From positions 17,759-81,758 of the forward strand of contig CAIQQH010000100.1 of the NCBI GenBank assembly GCA_903873915.1: 64,000 bases of DNA, written 5' to 3'. Both the position numbers and the translations under genes were made by a program. This DNA is from an uncultured Flavobacteriia bacterium (lineage in GTDB: Bacteria; Bacteroidota; Bacteroidia; Flavobacteriales_D; Crocinitomicaceae). Positions 9,216 to 17,907 of the stretch are shown one piece after another; position 1 is the stretch's first letter, and each line of letters begins with the position of its first letter. Below the pieces are notes generated by a model that did not search any database, was not told where the DNA came from, and saw nothing but the letters and a program-made list of their open reading frames with translations.

Positions 9216-11063
9216 ATGTGTGGAATCGTAGCATACATCGGAAACAAACAAGCGTATCCCATCATTCTTAAAGGTTTGAAACGATTGGAATACCGCGGAT
9301 ATGATAGCGCGGGTATTGCACTTTTGGATGCCGATAACGCCATCAATTTATACAAGCGTCAAGGCAAGGTTTCCAATTTGGAGGAATTTGCTGCGGATAA
9401 AGACTTGTTCGGACACTTAGGCATTGGGCATACGCGTTGGGCAACCCACGGGGCTCCAAATGATGTCAATGCGCATCCTCACATGTCGATGGACGGATCG
9501 ATAGCGCTCATACACAATGGAATAATCGAAAACTACGACAGCTTAAAAAAGGAGCTCATTAAACAAGGGTATATCTTTCAAAGTGAAACCGATACGGAAG
9601 TGTTGGTGCATTTGACAGATCACATCAGCAAAAAAGAAAATGTATGGTTCGGTGAAGCCTTGCGCTTGGCACTCTCACATGTTGTTGGTGCCTATGCCAT
9701 CGTTGCCATGTCAAAAGACTATCCGAAACGTATCGTTGCGGCAAGAAAAAGTAGTCCTCTTGTGATTGGTGTTGGCACCGAAGGTGATTTCTTCCTTGCG
9801 TCCGATGCTACGCCAATCGTGGAATACACAAAGAAAGTTGTCTATCTGGATGACGAAGAAATTGCCATCATCGATCTTGATGAAGGATTGAAACTATACA
9901 ACATTTCAGATCAAGAAAAAACACCTTACTTCCAAGAATTGGAAATGGAGCTTGAAGCCCTAGAAAAAGGCGGATACGAGCATTTCATGATCAAAGAAAT
10001 TCACGAACAACCGCGATCTATACACGATTGTTTTCGGGGACGACTAAATGCAGAAGAAGGATGGGTATCACTGGGTGGTGTCCGTGACTACGAGCAGAAA
10101 ATGATTCAAGCCAATCGCCTGATTATCGTTGCATGCGGAACATCTTGGCATGCTGGTTTGGTGGGAGAATACCTCATCGAAGATTTGGCGCGCATCAATG
10201 TTGAAGTGGAATATGCGAGTGAGTTCCGTTACCGAAATCCCATCATCAATGAAAATGATGTCGTCATTGCAATTTCGCAATCGGGAGAAACAGCCGATAC
10301 CATGGCTGCCCTCGAATTGGCGAAATCTAAAGGCGCAACTATACTTGGAATTTGCAATGTGGTGGGATCTTCTATTTCTCGCATTACAGATGCTGGATCA
10401 TACACCCACGCTGGACCGGAAATTGGTGTAGCGTCAACCAAAGCATTTACAGCTCAAGTAACAGTGCTAACGCTTATGGCCTTGTCCTTAGCGAAGAAAA
10501 AAGGCACCATTAGTGAATCAAAATTTAGAACCTTGCTTGCCGAGCTTGAAGCCATTCCGGAGAAAGTGAAACGTGTTTTAGAAACCAGCGATCATATTGA
10601 AAAAATCGCTGCTGAATACAAAGATGCTTCGAATGCCTTGTACTTAGGCCGTGGCAGTTCCTTCCCTGTAGCCCTCGAGGGCGCATTGAAGTTGAAAGAA
10701 ATTTCCTACATCCACGCAGAGGGTTATCCAGCTGCAGAAATGAAGCACGGACCTATTGCCTTAATCGACGAAGAAATGCCCGTGTTTGTAATTGCAACCC
10801 AAGGCACATCCTATGAAAAAGTGGTGTCCAATATTCAGGAAGTAAAAGCCAGAAAAGGAAAAATCATAGCTATCGTGACTGAAGGTGATGTGTCTGTAAA
10901 AGAGATGGCTGACCATGTGATCGAAATACCTGAGTGTGACGAGCAGCTTGTACCATTGTTGGCAACTGTTCCGTTCCAATTGCTTTCTTATCACATCGCT
11001 GTGATGCGCGGCTGCAATGTCGATCAGCCTAGAAACTTGGCGAAGTCGGTGACGGTAGAGTAA
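9216..11063 (+). CDS. glmS: Glutamine--fructose-6-phosphate aminotransferase (isomerising)
   Basis: MCGIVAYIG N-terminal Cys nucleophile, GHTRWATHG, two SIS domains (SQSGETADT), C-terminal ...NLAKSVTVE. 615 aa. Confidence 0.95.
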   Translation: MCGIVAYIGNKQAYPIILKGLKRLEYRGYDSAGIALLDADNAINLYKRQGKVSNLEEFAADKDLFGHLGIGHTRWATHGAPNDVNAHPHMSMDGSIALIHNGIIENYDSLKKELIKQGYIFQSETDTEVLVHLTDHISKKENVWFGEALRLALSHVVGAYAIVAMSKDYPKRIVAARKSSPLVIGVGTEGDFFLASDATPIVEYTKKVVYLDDEEIAIIDLDEGLKLYNISDQEKTPYFQELEMELEALEKGGYEHFMIKEIHEQPRSIHDCFRGRLNAEEGWVSLGGVRDYEQKMIQANRLIIVACGTSWHAGLVGEYLIEDLARINVEVEYASEFRYRNPIINENDVVIAISQSGETADTMAALELAKSKGATILGICNVVGSSISRITDAGSYTHAGPEIGVASTKAFTAQVTVLTLMALSLAKKKGTISESKFRTLLAELEAIPEKVKRVLETSDHIEKIAAEYKDASNALYLGRGSSFPVALEGALKLKEISYIHAEGYPAAEMKHGPIALIDEEMPVFVIATQGTSYEKVVSNIQEVKARKGKIIAIVTEGDVSVKEMADHVIEIPECDEQLVPLLATVPFQLLSYHIAVMRGCNVDQPRNLAKSVTVE

Positions 11064-11066
11064 TAT

Positions 11067-11094
11067 AGGGACACCCTAATTAAAGGGTATCCCT
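11067..11094. terminator. Imperfect 10-bp hairpin between convergent glmS and a small ORF (weak terminator candidate)
   Basis: AGGGACACCC-taattaaa-GGGTATCCCT (one C/A mismatch). No clear U-tract on either strand. Confidence 0.25.
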
Positions 11095-11108
11095 AATTTA
11101 CCAAAATC

Positions 11109-11327
11109 TTATTTCTTAAGATTGGCGATATACCCTTTGATGCGATCTATATCTGTCTTCTTGTAATCAATTTCTCTCGCAAATCGCTCCATTTCAGAAA
11201 TTTTACTTTGACGGTATGAACGTTTCGAATTCGGATCATTCGTGTTTTTAATCGAATTCGCAAAGTACTCGGGACGACTTTTTTTACGGTCTTTAAATGT
11301 TCTGTAAATCTTTACGGTAGGATTCAA
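11109..11327 (-). CDS. Small basic hypothetical protein (72 aa, TTG start in the ORF track); possibly part of a split or frameshifted gene
   Basis: Lys/Arg-rich ORF with no recognisable motif. An ATG at 11379 opens a 28-codon ORF in another frame that overlaps its start. Confidence 0.3.
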   Translation of the reverse strand: MNPTVKIYRTFKDRKKSRPEYFANSIKNTNDPNSKRSYRQSKISEMERFAREIDYKKTDIDRIKGYIANLKK

Positions 11328-11556
11328 TTTGAACTTTGTACGACGCTACTTGAGAACGTTCAGAAGGAGTTAGTGGCATAATTTTACGTTTTAGATTTTA
11401 TCAATTAACCCTACTTAAGATTACAACTTGGATATCTAATTTTAAGAGAATTGAAAACTATTCCCCCTCGTTGAGGGTGGAAGGGGGGAGCATATAGAAA
11501 ATCTAATCAGGGAAGGCGGGAGAATTTCCTCACAATATATTCCCTATTTTCGTACA

Positions 11557-11913
11557 ATGTCAACCCGCCCTGTCTCGCAAAAAAATGCTGACTTTTTCCA
11601 GTCTGTCTTTGACCTCGTGCGGTGCATCCCCGAGGGCCGCGTGACATCCTATGGGGCTATCGCGAAATATCTCGGAAGCGCGCGGAGCTCCCGCATGGTC
11701 GGATGGGCCATGAATGCATCACATGTTTATGCTGACATTCCTGCGCATCGTGTTGTCAACAGAAACGGACTTTTAACGGGTAAAATGCACTTCTCACCGC
11801 CCGAATCGATGCAAACACGCCTGGAAGCTGAAGGAATTCGAGTTGAACAGGATCAAATCGTGGAATTTAATTCCCTATTTTGGAATCCAAGTGTTGAACT
11901 TTCTATCGATTAG
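11557..11913 (+). CDS. MGMT-family DNA-binding protein lacking the acceptor cysteine (alkyltransferase-like, ATL)
   Basis: GRVTSYGAIAKYLGS...RMVGWAMN...IPAHRVVNRNGLLTG. This is the O6-alkylguanine-DNA alkyltransferase C-terminal fold with P-A-HRV where P-C-HRV is expected. Confidence 0.75.
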   Translation: MSTRPVSQKNADFFQSVFDLVRCIPEGRVTSYGAIAKYLGSARSSRMVGWAMNASHVYADIPAHRVVNRNGLLTGKMHFSPPESMQTRLEAEGIRVEQDQIVEFNSLFWNPSVELSID

Positions 11914-11942
11914 AAGTCATCAAAAGATTGTACTTTTAGGCC

Positions 11943-12953
11943 ATGATTCTCGTCACAGGTGGAACAGGTCTTTTGGGAAGTCATCTTCTATTCAAACTCA
12001 CAGAAGACGATGCGCCCATTCGCGCACTCTATCGCAACGGTTCGCGCCTTTCACGGGTGAAAACATTGTTTGAATACTATGATTCCAAAAATGGAATAGA
12101 GCGCTTTTCACGCATTCAATGGGTCGAAGGGGATATTCTTGACATCACTTCATTAGATGCTGCATTCGTTGGTGTGACTATGGTTTACCATTGTGCTGCG
12201 CTCGTTTCATTTGCCCGACGCGATTTTCACCGATTAATGAAAATCAACCGCTATGGAACAGCAAACATTGTCAACAGCAGTTTGCATGCAGGTGTAAAAA
12301 AATTGTGCTACGTCAGTTCAACAGCCGCTATTGGTGGTCAGCCCGATAGCATGACAACAGAGGAAACACCCTGGAAACAATCCCAACGAACGAGCAGTTA
12401 CTCAATTTCTAAATATTCTGCAGAAAAAGAAGTTTGGCGAGGGGTTGAAGAAGGATTGGATTGTGTGATCGTGAATCCATGCGTTCTTTTTGGTCCAGGA
12501 GATTGGAATGAAAGTTCACTCACGATATTCCGAACCGTAGAAAAGGGCTTGCGCTTTTACACGGAGGGCACAAATGCCATTGTTGACGCGCGTGATGTCG
12601 CTGAAATCATGGTTCGTCTTGCGCTAAGCGACATTAAAAACGAACGATTCCTATGCATTGGTGAAAATTTACCTTTCAGGGCAATGACCGATGAAATCGC
12701 GGATCAGATGGGTAAAAAACGAGCGAGCATTGCAACACCTCGTTGGCTCATTGGCTTGGCTTGGCGTATTTCTGCGCTGACGGGATTTATTCGTGGAAAA
12801 GCACCTGCAGTGACCAAAGACAGCGCCTATAGTGCATTTAGTAAAATGGAATACGATGCGAGAAAGGTGCGTGAACGGCTCAGTTTTTCATTCAGAAGCT
12901 ATAAAGACACTGTAGAAAATGTCCTGAAAGCACATCGCTCTAGAACACCTTAG
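11943..12953 (+). CDS. NAD-dependent epimerase/dehydratase-family (extended SDR) protein
   Basis: MILVTGGTGLLGSHL Rossmann motif, catalytic YSISK (YxxxK). 336 aa. First gene of the carotenoid operon. Confidence 0.75.
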   Translation: MILVTGGTGLLGSHLLFKLTEDDAPIRALYRNGSRLSRVKTLFEYYDSKNGIERFSRIQWVEGDILDITSLDAAFVGVTMVYHCAALVSFARRDFHRLMKINRYGTANIVNSSLHAGVKKLCYVSSTAAIGGQPDSMTTEETPWKQSQRTSSYSISKYSAEKEVWRGVEEGLDCVIVNPCVLFGPGDWNESSLTIFRTVEKGLRFYTEGTNAIVDARDVAEIMVRLALSDIKNERFLCIGENLPFRAMTDEIADQMGKKRASIATPRWLIGLAWRISALTGFIRGKAPAVTKDSAYSAFSKMEYDARKVRERLSFSFRSYKDTVENVLKAHRSRTP

Positions 12954-12976
12954 CCATTTCTTTGTTTCATAAGAGA

Positions 12977-13621
12977 ATGATTGCACGCAAAAACATAGCA
13001 TCCAAAGTAAATTTACTTATCCTGCTCCTCGTAATTTTTTACACAGTTGGAACGGTTGGGATACTAACACCCGACTACCGCGATACTATGCTGAAGTTTT
13101 CGCCAATGAATCTAATGATCTCCTTTGCTGCTTTGCTGCTCGCACGAAAAAAAGACTTCCGCCCCTTCCTATTCATACTTGCACTCTGCTTTCTTGTTGG
13201 CATGATCGTAGAGCTCATCGGCACAAAAACAGGACTCTTATTTGGCAATTATGCCTATGGCTCGAACCTTGGTCCAAAATTCATGGGTGTACCATGGATG
13301 ATCGGAATAAACTGGGGAATTCTTGTCGTTTGTTCTGCGGCGGCAGTGAACCCATTGAAGACAAACCTATTTACAAAAGCACTTTTGGCTGCTCTCATCA
13401 TGACAGGACTTGATGTGCTCCTTGAACCCGTTGCCATCGAAAGTGATTTTTGGTCATGGAAATCAGGGACTATTCCGATTTACAATTATATCTGCTGGTT
13501 TGCCATTGCTTTTCCATTGCAATGGATTAATTTTAAGGTGAAAGCCGTAGAATCGAACAAAGTAGCAAATGGCTTGTTGATCATTATGACTTTATTCTTT
13601 TTAATTCTGAATATTTTCTGA
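12977..13621 (+). CDS. Carotenoid biosynthesis membrane protein (DUF422 / Caroten_synth-like)
   Basis: Polytopic membrane protein of ~215 aa directly upstream of crtZ. Pattern ...GTKTGLLFGNYAYG...G.P..IGINW... recalled from DUF422. Start moved to ATG 12977 (the ORF track uses TTG 12962). Confidence 0.55.
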   Translation: MIARKNIASKVNLLILLLVIFYTVGTVGILTPDYRDTMLKFSPMNLMISFAALLLARKKDFRPFLFILALCFLVGMIVELIGTKTGLLFGNYAYGSNLGPKFMGVPWMIGINWGILVVCSAAAVNPLKTNLFTKALLAALIMTGLDVLLEPVAIESDFWSWKSGTIPIYNYICWFAIAFPLQWINFKVKAVESNKVANGLLIIMTLFFLILNIF

Positions 13622-13622
13622 T

Positions 13623-14102
13623 ATGTATTGGTGGGGACCTTTCGTTTTAATCGCAGCATTTTTAGGCATGGAATTCATGGCTTGGGCAACGCACAAATTT
13701 GTGATGCACGGATTCATGTGGCATTTCCATTCTGACCATCACGTCGAAGAACCGGGATTCTTTGAACGCAACGATGTATTCTTTTTGATTTATGCCATTC
13801 CATCGTGGCTTTGTATCATGCTCGGAATGATTTATAACTTCTATGTTCCTGTTTGGATTGGCTATGGCATTGCGGCCTATGGATTGGCTTATTTCATGGT
13901 ACATGACGTCTATATCCATCGCCGCTTTAAGTGGTTGCGCGACATCGACAATGCTTATTTCATGGCCATACGCAAAGCACACAAGGTGCATCACAAATAC
14001 CGCGGCAAGGAAGATGGAGAATGCTTTGGAATGCTTCTAGTTCCTAAAAAGTATTTCACAGAAGCAAAACGCTATTACAGAAACAAAGCAGCGAGCGAAT
14101 GA
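13623..14102 (+). CDS. crtZ: Beta-carotene hydroxylase
   Basis: Fatty-acid-hydroxylase His boxes in the CrtZ arrangement: HKFVMH, HSDHH, HDVYIH, HKVHH. ~159 aa with 4 hydrophobic segments. Confidence 0.8.
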   Translation: MYWWGPFVLIAAFLGMEFMAWATHKFVMHGFMWHFHSDHHVEEPGFFERNDVFFLIYAIPSWLCIMLGMIYNFYVPVWIGYGIAAYGLAYFMVHDVYIHRRFKWLRDIDNAYFMAIRKAHKVHHKYRGKEDGECFGMLLVPKKYFTEAKRYYRNKAASE

Positions 14103-14785
14103 GTCCTTACGCTTGGGTGATTGTCGCCACCATCGTTGGTCCTTTGGCCTTGAGTTTTGATAAAAAAGTTCATTTTTACACCCATTTTCGCGCATTATTT
14201 CCCGCCATACTGATCGTCGCGTGTGTCTTTCTTGTTTGGGACGAATATTTCACAATTAAAAAAATCTGGGGCTTTACGGACCGCTACATTTTCGGTGAAA
14301 AATTAGGTCATCTTCCTCTTGAAGAGGTTAGCTTTTTTCTTGTTGTGCCCTTTGCTTGTGTTTTTGTGCATGAAGTGCTAAAGGCTTACTTTCCCAAGGT
14401 TCGTCTTGCTAAATTTGCGCATTACTTTGCCTTTGGTTTCACTCTTGCCGGCTTTTTATTTGGATTGACTCACATGGAACAATGGTATACAGCAAGTGCT
14501 TGTATTGTCAGTGCCATTCTTACAATTGGTATTTATTTCGTGAATCGGCCATCATGGTATGCGCAGTTTGTCTTTACCTTCATCGTGGCGCTCATCCCCT
14601 TTCTGATTGTGAATGGCATCTTAACAGGAGCGGTTACGGATGAACCGATTGTTTGGTATTCCGAAGATCACATCATGGGTCCACGGATCATTACTATCCC
14701 AGTTGAAGATATTTTTTACAACTACTGCATGTTATTGCCGATTGTCGGCCTTTTTGAATTTTTCTCGAAGCGTTGGGCGAAATAA
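14099..14785 (+). CDS. Lycopene cyclase domain protein (fused heterodimeric CrtYc/CrtYd type)
   Basis: 228-aa membrane protein with two copies of the cyclase-domain motif (HLPLEEVSFF and ITIPVEDIFYNY). ATGA overlap with crtZ. Confidence 0.7.
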   Translation: MSPYAWVIVATIVGPLALSFDKKVHFYTHFRALFPAILIVACVFLVWDEYFTIKKIWGFTDRYIFGEKLGHLPLEEVSFFLVVPFACVFVHEVLKAYFPKVRLAKFAHYFAFGFTLAGFLFGLTHMEQWYTASACIVSAILTIGIYFVNRPSWYAQFVFTFIVALIPFLIVNGILTGAVTDEPIVWYSEDHIMGPRIITIPVEDIFYNYCMLLPIVGLFEFFSKRWAK

Positions 14786-14806
14786 ATATCGGATGTATTG
14801 CACACG

Positions 14807-14831
14807 AGGTAAACCATTAAAATGGTTGATT
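14807..14831 (+). repeat. Copy 1 of an exact 25-nt repeat AGGTAAACCATTAAAATGGTTGATT containing the palindrome AACCATT-AA-AATGGTT
   Basis: Exact reverse-complement match to 50365..50389. Both copies lie in gaps between convergent genes. Weaker similarity extends ~50 nt on one side (..ATTAAACCACGT.. versus ..GTTAAAACCCGTGG..). Confidence 0.85.
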
Positions 14832-14888
14832 CATACCATCCAAATGGCGCATTAAACCACGTATTGAAAGCTCCAGGGTTAGAAAAAA

Positions 14889-15824
14889 TCAATAGAAATA
14901 ATACTCTTTAAAGCCGAGAATCATTAAAAAATTACTTTTCACATCGCGGGTAATCACATACTTCAGCAAGCGACTTTTCTCGTTGTAAATGATTTCAAAT
15001 TCTGTCACGTACTTTCCTTCACGGTATACGCGTCGTTCTTCGAGATTTCCATTTTGGTCGTAAGAAAAATGAAATTCCTCCAAGGGGGTTTCAAGGCCGT
15101 ATTGAGTCGTAACGAGTGAAGATAAAAGCCCCTTGTCATTGTAGCTATATGCAAGGGTAGACAATTCACCTGTCATGAGTAAACGCTGTTCTTTTTTCAC
15201 CAAATACCCGAGGTCATTGTAATAGGTAAACTCCTCCATATACGGCAAACCGTAACTATTGTAAACCGTTCGTTTTTGCTGTTTATCAAATTCTGAATAG
15301 CGCATGGTCTCACTATTCAATTCTGTTCGGCGCCATATCCCTAAGGTATCGCGGTATTCACGGCTATACGTTTCGCGCACAATTCGTCCTTGTTCATCAA
15401 AATCACAGTGCGTCACCGAATACCCTTTGCCGTCACCAATTTTATGCTCAGACAATCTTCCTTCCGCATCGTACACATACCTATTTCCTGTGGTGTCCTT
15501 GGTTCCATCGTCCTTGCGCGTTTCAAACGTTGAAATTAATCTTCCATTCGCATCGAACGAATACACATATTCGTAGGTTGTAGCGCGCATCACTTCACCT
15601 GGTTTTTTATAGGTGAATGTCCCCCTCAATTCTTTGATTTTATTTGACCGAATAAAATCGGCGCTGAAAAATGGGCGATCCGTAAATGCCGCTCCTTGGG
15701 TGTTGTCGAGCATCTGCGCAAAAGAAGTCAAGGCAGAAAAGAACAAAAGAATTAGAGGCCATTTCACCTGACAAAGCACGGATTTTAGATCCTTACTTTT
15801 CTTTCGGACAAAAATTCTTATCAA
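14889..15824 (-). CDS. Secreted hypothetical protein with YD-repeat-like motifs
   Basis: Signal-like N-terminus ([16 protein letters not shown]). Recurrent Y.YD..GRL-type motifs: [57 protein letters not shown]. The start is uncertain: the track's TTG at 15824 overlaps the upstream stop, and an in-frame GTG lies at ~15767. Confidence 0.5.
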   Translation of the reverse strand: MIRIFVRKKSKDLKSVLCQVKWPLILLFFSALTSFAQMLDNTQGAAFTDRPFFSADFIRSNKIKELRGTFTYKKPGEVMRATTYEYVYSFDANGRLISTFETRKDDGTKDTTGNRYVYDAEGRLSEHKIGDGKGYSVTHCDFDEQGRIVRETYSREYRDTLGIWRRTELNSETMRYSEFDKQQKRTVYNSYGLPYMEEFTYYNDLGYLVKKEQRLLMTGELSTLAYSYNDKGLLSSLVTTQYGLETPLEEFHFSYDQNGNLEERRVYREGKYVTEFEIIYNEKSRLLKYVITRDVKSNFLMILGFKEYYFY

Positions 15825-17839
15825 TAGCTTGTATTGGATAACTGTTTTCTTACCTCATCCAACTTATTCGTTGGCATCAAGCAGGCCCCGTCAGTACAAA
15901 CAAAAACCATTGTTTCATCCATCAACGATTTGTCTTTGAGTATCGGAAGAGAAAGTTCTGACCCTCCGCAAAAAATGACATTTGGCAAATAATCCTGTAG
16001 CAAGGTTTGTTGCATCTCCTTCGCATCCTTCCCAACGATTGCCACATGAAACGAAGGGCAAGTAAACTGCAAGAGCAATGAGCCCCAGCCAGAATATCCC
16101 GAACCATATTGTTCCATACCCTCGTAAATGTTCATGAGCATCTGCTTTGCATCATGCGTATATTCCTCCTTATGAAAGAGTTCTCCCAATCGAAAGAAAT
16201 TCGATGCCATCAATGAATTACCCGACGGAAGCACGTTGTCATTGATGTCCATTTTTCGTGCAATCAAGGTCGAACTGGCCTCCGTGAAGTAGCACATTTT
16301 ACTGTTCGCATCTTGAAATTCTGTGCGAACCGTTTCGGACAATTCTAAGGCAAGATCCAACCACGCACGATCGAAGGTAATTGAGTACAAATGAATGAAA
16401 GCCTCAATGGTATGGGCATAATCTTCCAAAAAGCCCTGAATATGTTTGGCATCGGGACCTGCACTGCGCAACAATTTTCCGTCATGAAGCCGTTCGCGGA
16501 CTATCCATCGGGCGTTTTTCACAGCCAGGTGCATAAACTCCTCATCGCCGAAGGCCCCATAGGCATCGCAAAGTCCGGTGATGACCATGGCGTTCCACGA
16601 GGTCAATCTCTTGTTGTCGAGCCCTGGACGAATGCGGTGTGAACGTTCGTCCAATAGAATTCCATTGATGCGTTTGATGTGATTTTCCAATTCATCCGCA
16701 TCCCAACCCTTTTCACGCATGAGCTCTACGTCCGAAATCGTTCGCAGCGGAATGTATTTGTCTTCTTCCCAATAACCGCGTTGATTCAAGTTGTAGAAAT
16801 CCAAGACCCAGTAATCCTCCTTCGCAAGTACTTCTGACATTTCACTTGGACTCCAGCAATAGAATTTACCTTCTTCACCTTCACTGTCCGCATCCAATGC
16901 CGCATAGAAAGATCCATCCGCAGCCATCATTTCCCGCTGCAACCATTCCACTGTTTGATAGACGATTCTCTTGTACAGTGGCTTTTTAAACTGGCGGTAC
17001 CCGTTCGCATACAAGGAGATAAGTTGACCATTGTCGTAGAGCATTTTTTCGAAGTGTGGCACCTTCCAAAGCATGTCAACTGAATAACGTGTAAACCCAC
17101 CACCGATCTGATCGTAGATTCCACCCATCGCCATTTTATCCAAGGTCAGTTCCACGTGACGCAACGTTTTTTCATGATCGAAACGTACCCCATAGTGCAA
17201 CAGGAATTGATAATTGGACGGCAATGGAAACTTTGGCGCACGCGCATCTCCACCTTCCGAAATATCAAAACTGCGTGACCATCTCAGCACCAATTCGTGC
17301 AGTTTTTCCGGAGAAAGGACTTCGTTTTTTGCAGGTTCATCAATCAATTCATGCAGCACGATGCCTTCATGCAGTTTTTCGGCATAAGAAACTGCCTTCT
17401 CAAGGTCCGTCTGAAAGGTATGATTTAACGAACGCAGAATGTGCATCCACTGGTCCTTCGGAAAATACGTGCCCCCATAAACTGGGCGACCATCGGGAAG
17501 GGTGAAACAATTCAATGGCCACCCACCGCGTTGTGTCATCAATTGAACTGCCGTCATATAGACCTGGTCTACATCGGGGCGTTCCTCGCGATCGACCTTC
17601 ACATTAATGAAGTGCTTATTCATTAAGGCTGCTACCTCCTCATCTTCGAAGCATTCGCGTTCCATCACATGGCACCAATGACATGCGGAATAACCCACAC
17701 TAATGAGAACAGGTTTGTTTTCGCGTTGTGCCCGATCAAAAAGATCATCACTCCACGGAATCCAATTAACAGGATTGTGCGCATGTTGCCTCAGGTAGGG
17801 TGATGATTCGTTGATCAATTCATTGGTGTGTATCTCCAT
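15821..17839 (-). CDS. Thioredoxin-domain protein, DUF255/YyaL family (thioredoxin-like N-domain plus six-hairpin glycosidase-like domain)
   Basis: [53 protein letters not shown] is the hallmark DUF255 N-terminus. Start set to ATG 17839 (the track uses GTG 17863). Confidence 0.85.
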   Translation of the reverse strand: MEIHTNELINESSPYLRQHAHNPVNWIPWSDDLFDRAQRENKPVLISVGYSACHWCHVMERECFEDEEVAALMNKHFINVKVDREERPDVDQVYMTAVQLMTQRGGWPLNCFTLPDGRPVYGGTYFPKDQWMHILRSLNHTFQTDLEKAVSYAEKLHEGIVLHELIDEPAKNEVLSPEKLHELVLRWSRSFDISEGGDARAPKFPLPSNYQFLLHYGVRFDHEKTLRHVELTLDKMAMGGIYDQIGGGFTRYSVDMLWKVPHFEKMLYDNGQLISLYANGYRQFKKPLYKRIVYQTVEWLQREMMAADGSFYAALDADSEGEEGKFYCWSPSEMSEVLAKEDYWVLDFYNLNQRGYWEEDKYIPLRTISDVELMREKGWDADELENHIKRINGILLDERSHRIRPGLDNKRLTSWNAMVITGLCDAYGAFGDEEFMHLAVKNARWIVRERLHDGKLLRSAGPDAKHIQGFLEDYAHTIEAFIHLYSITFDRAWLDLALELSETVRTEFQDANSKMCYFTEASSTLIARKMDINDNVLPSGNSLMASNFFRLGELFHKEEYTHDAKQMLMNIYEGMEQYGSGYSGWGSLLLQFTCPSFHVAIVGKDAKEMQQTLLQDYLPNVIFCGGSELSLPILKDKSLMDETMVFVCTDGACLMPTNKLDEVRKQLSNTSY

Positions 17840-17907
17840 GGTGCAAAAAAACAAAAGCTCCACACGATAAACAAATCCTGTGGAGCTTCATTTGAACTAA
17901 ATATCTA

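Noticed and set aside
9205-9216. glmS ribozyme upstream of glmS
   Set aside because: Only 5 nt separate the preceding stop from the glmS ATG, leaving no room for a ribozyme. glmS appears to be co-transcribed with the DUF4270 gene.
11064-11556. The site downstream of glmS considered as an occupied attTn7 / Tn7-like or CAST insertion
   Set aside because: Only ~490 bp separate glmS from the atl gene. There are no tnsABC/tniQ genes, no transposon end repeats and no cas genes.
14889-15824. YD-repeat-like protein considered as an Rhs/teneurin-type polymorphic toxin
   Set aside because: It is only 311 aa and has no Rhs core-terminating PxxxxDPxGL motif, no C-terminal toxin domain, and no immunity gene or VgrG/PAAR/T6SS genes nearby.
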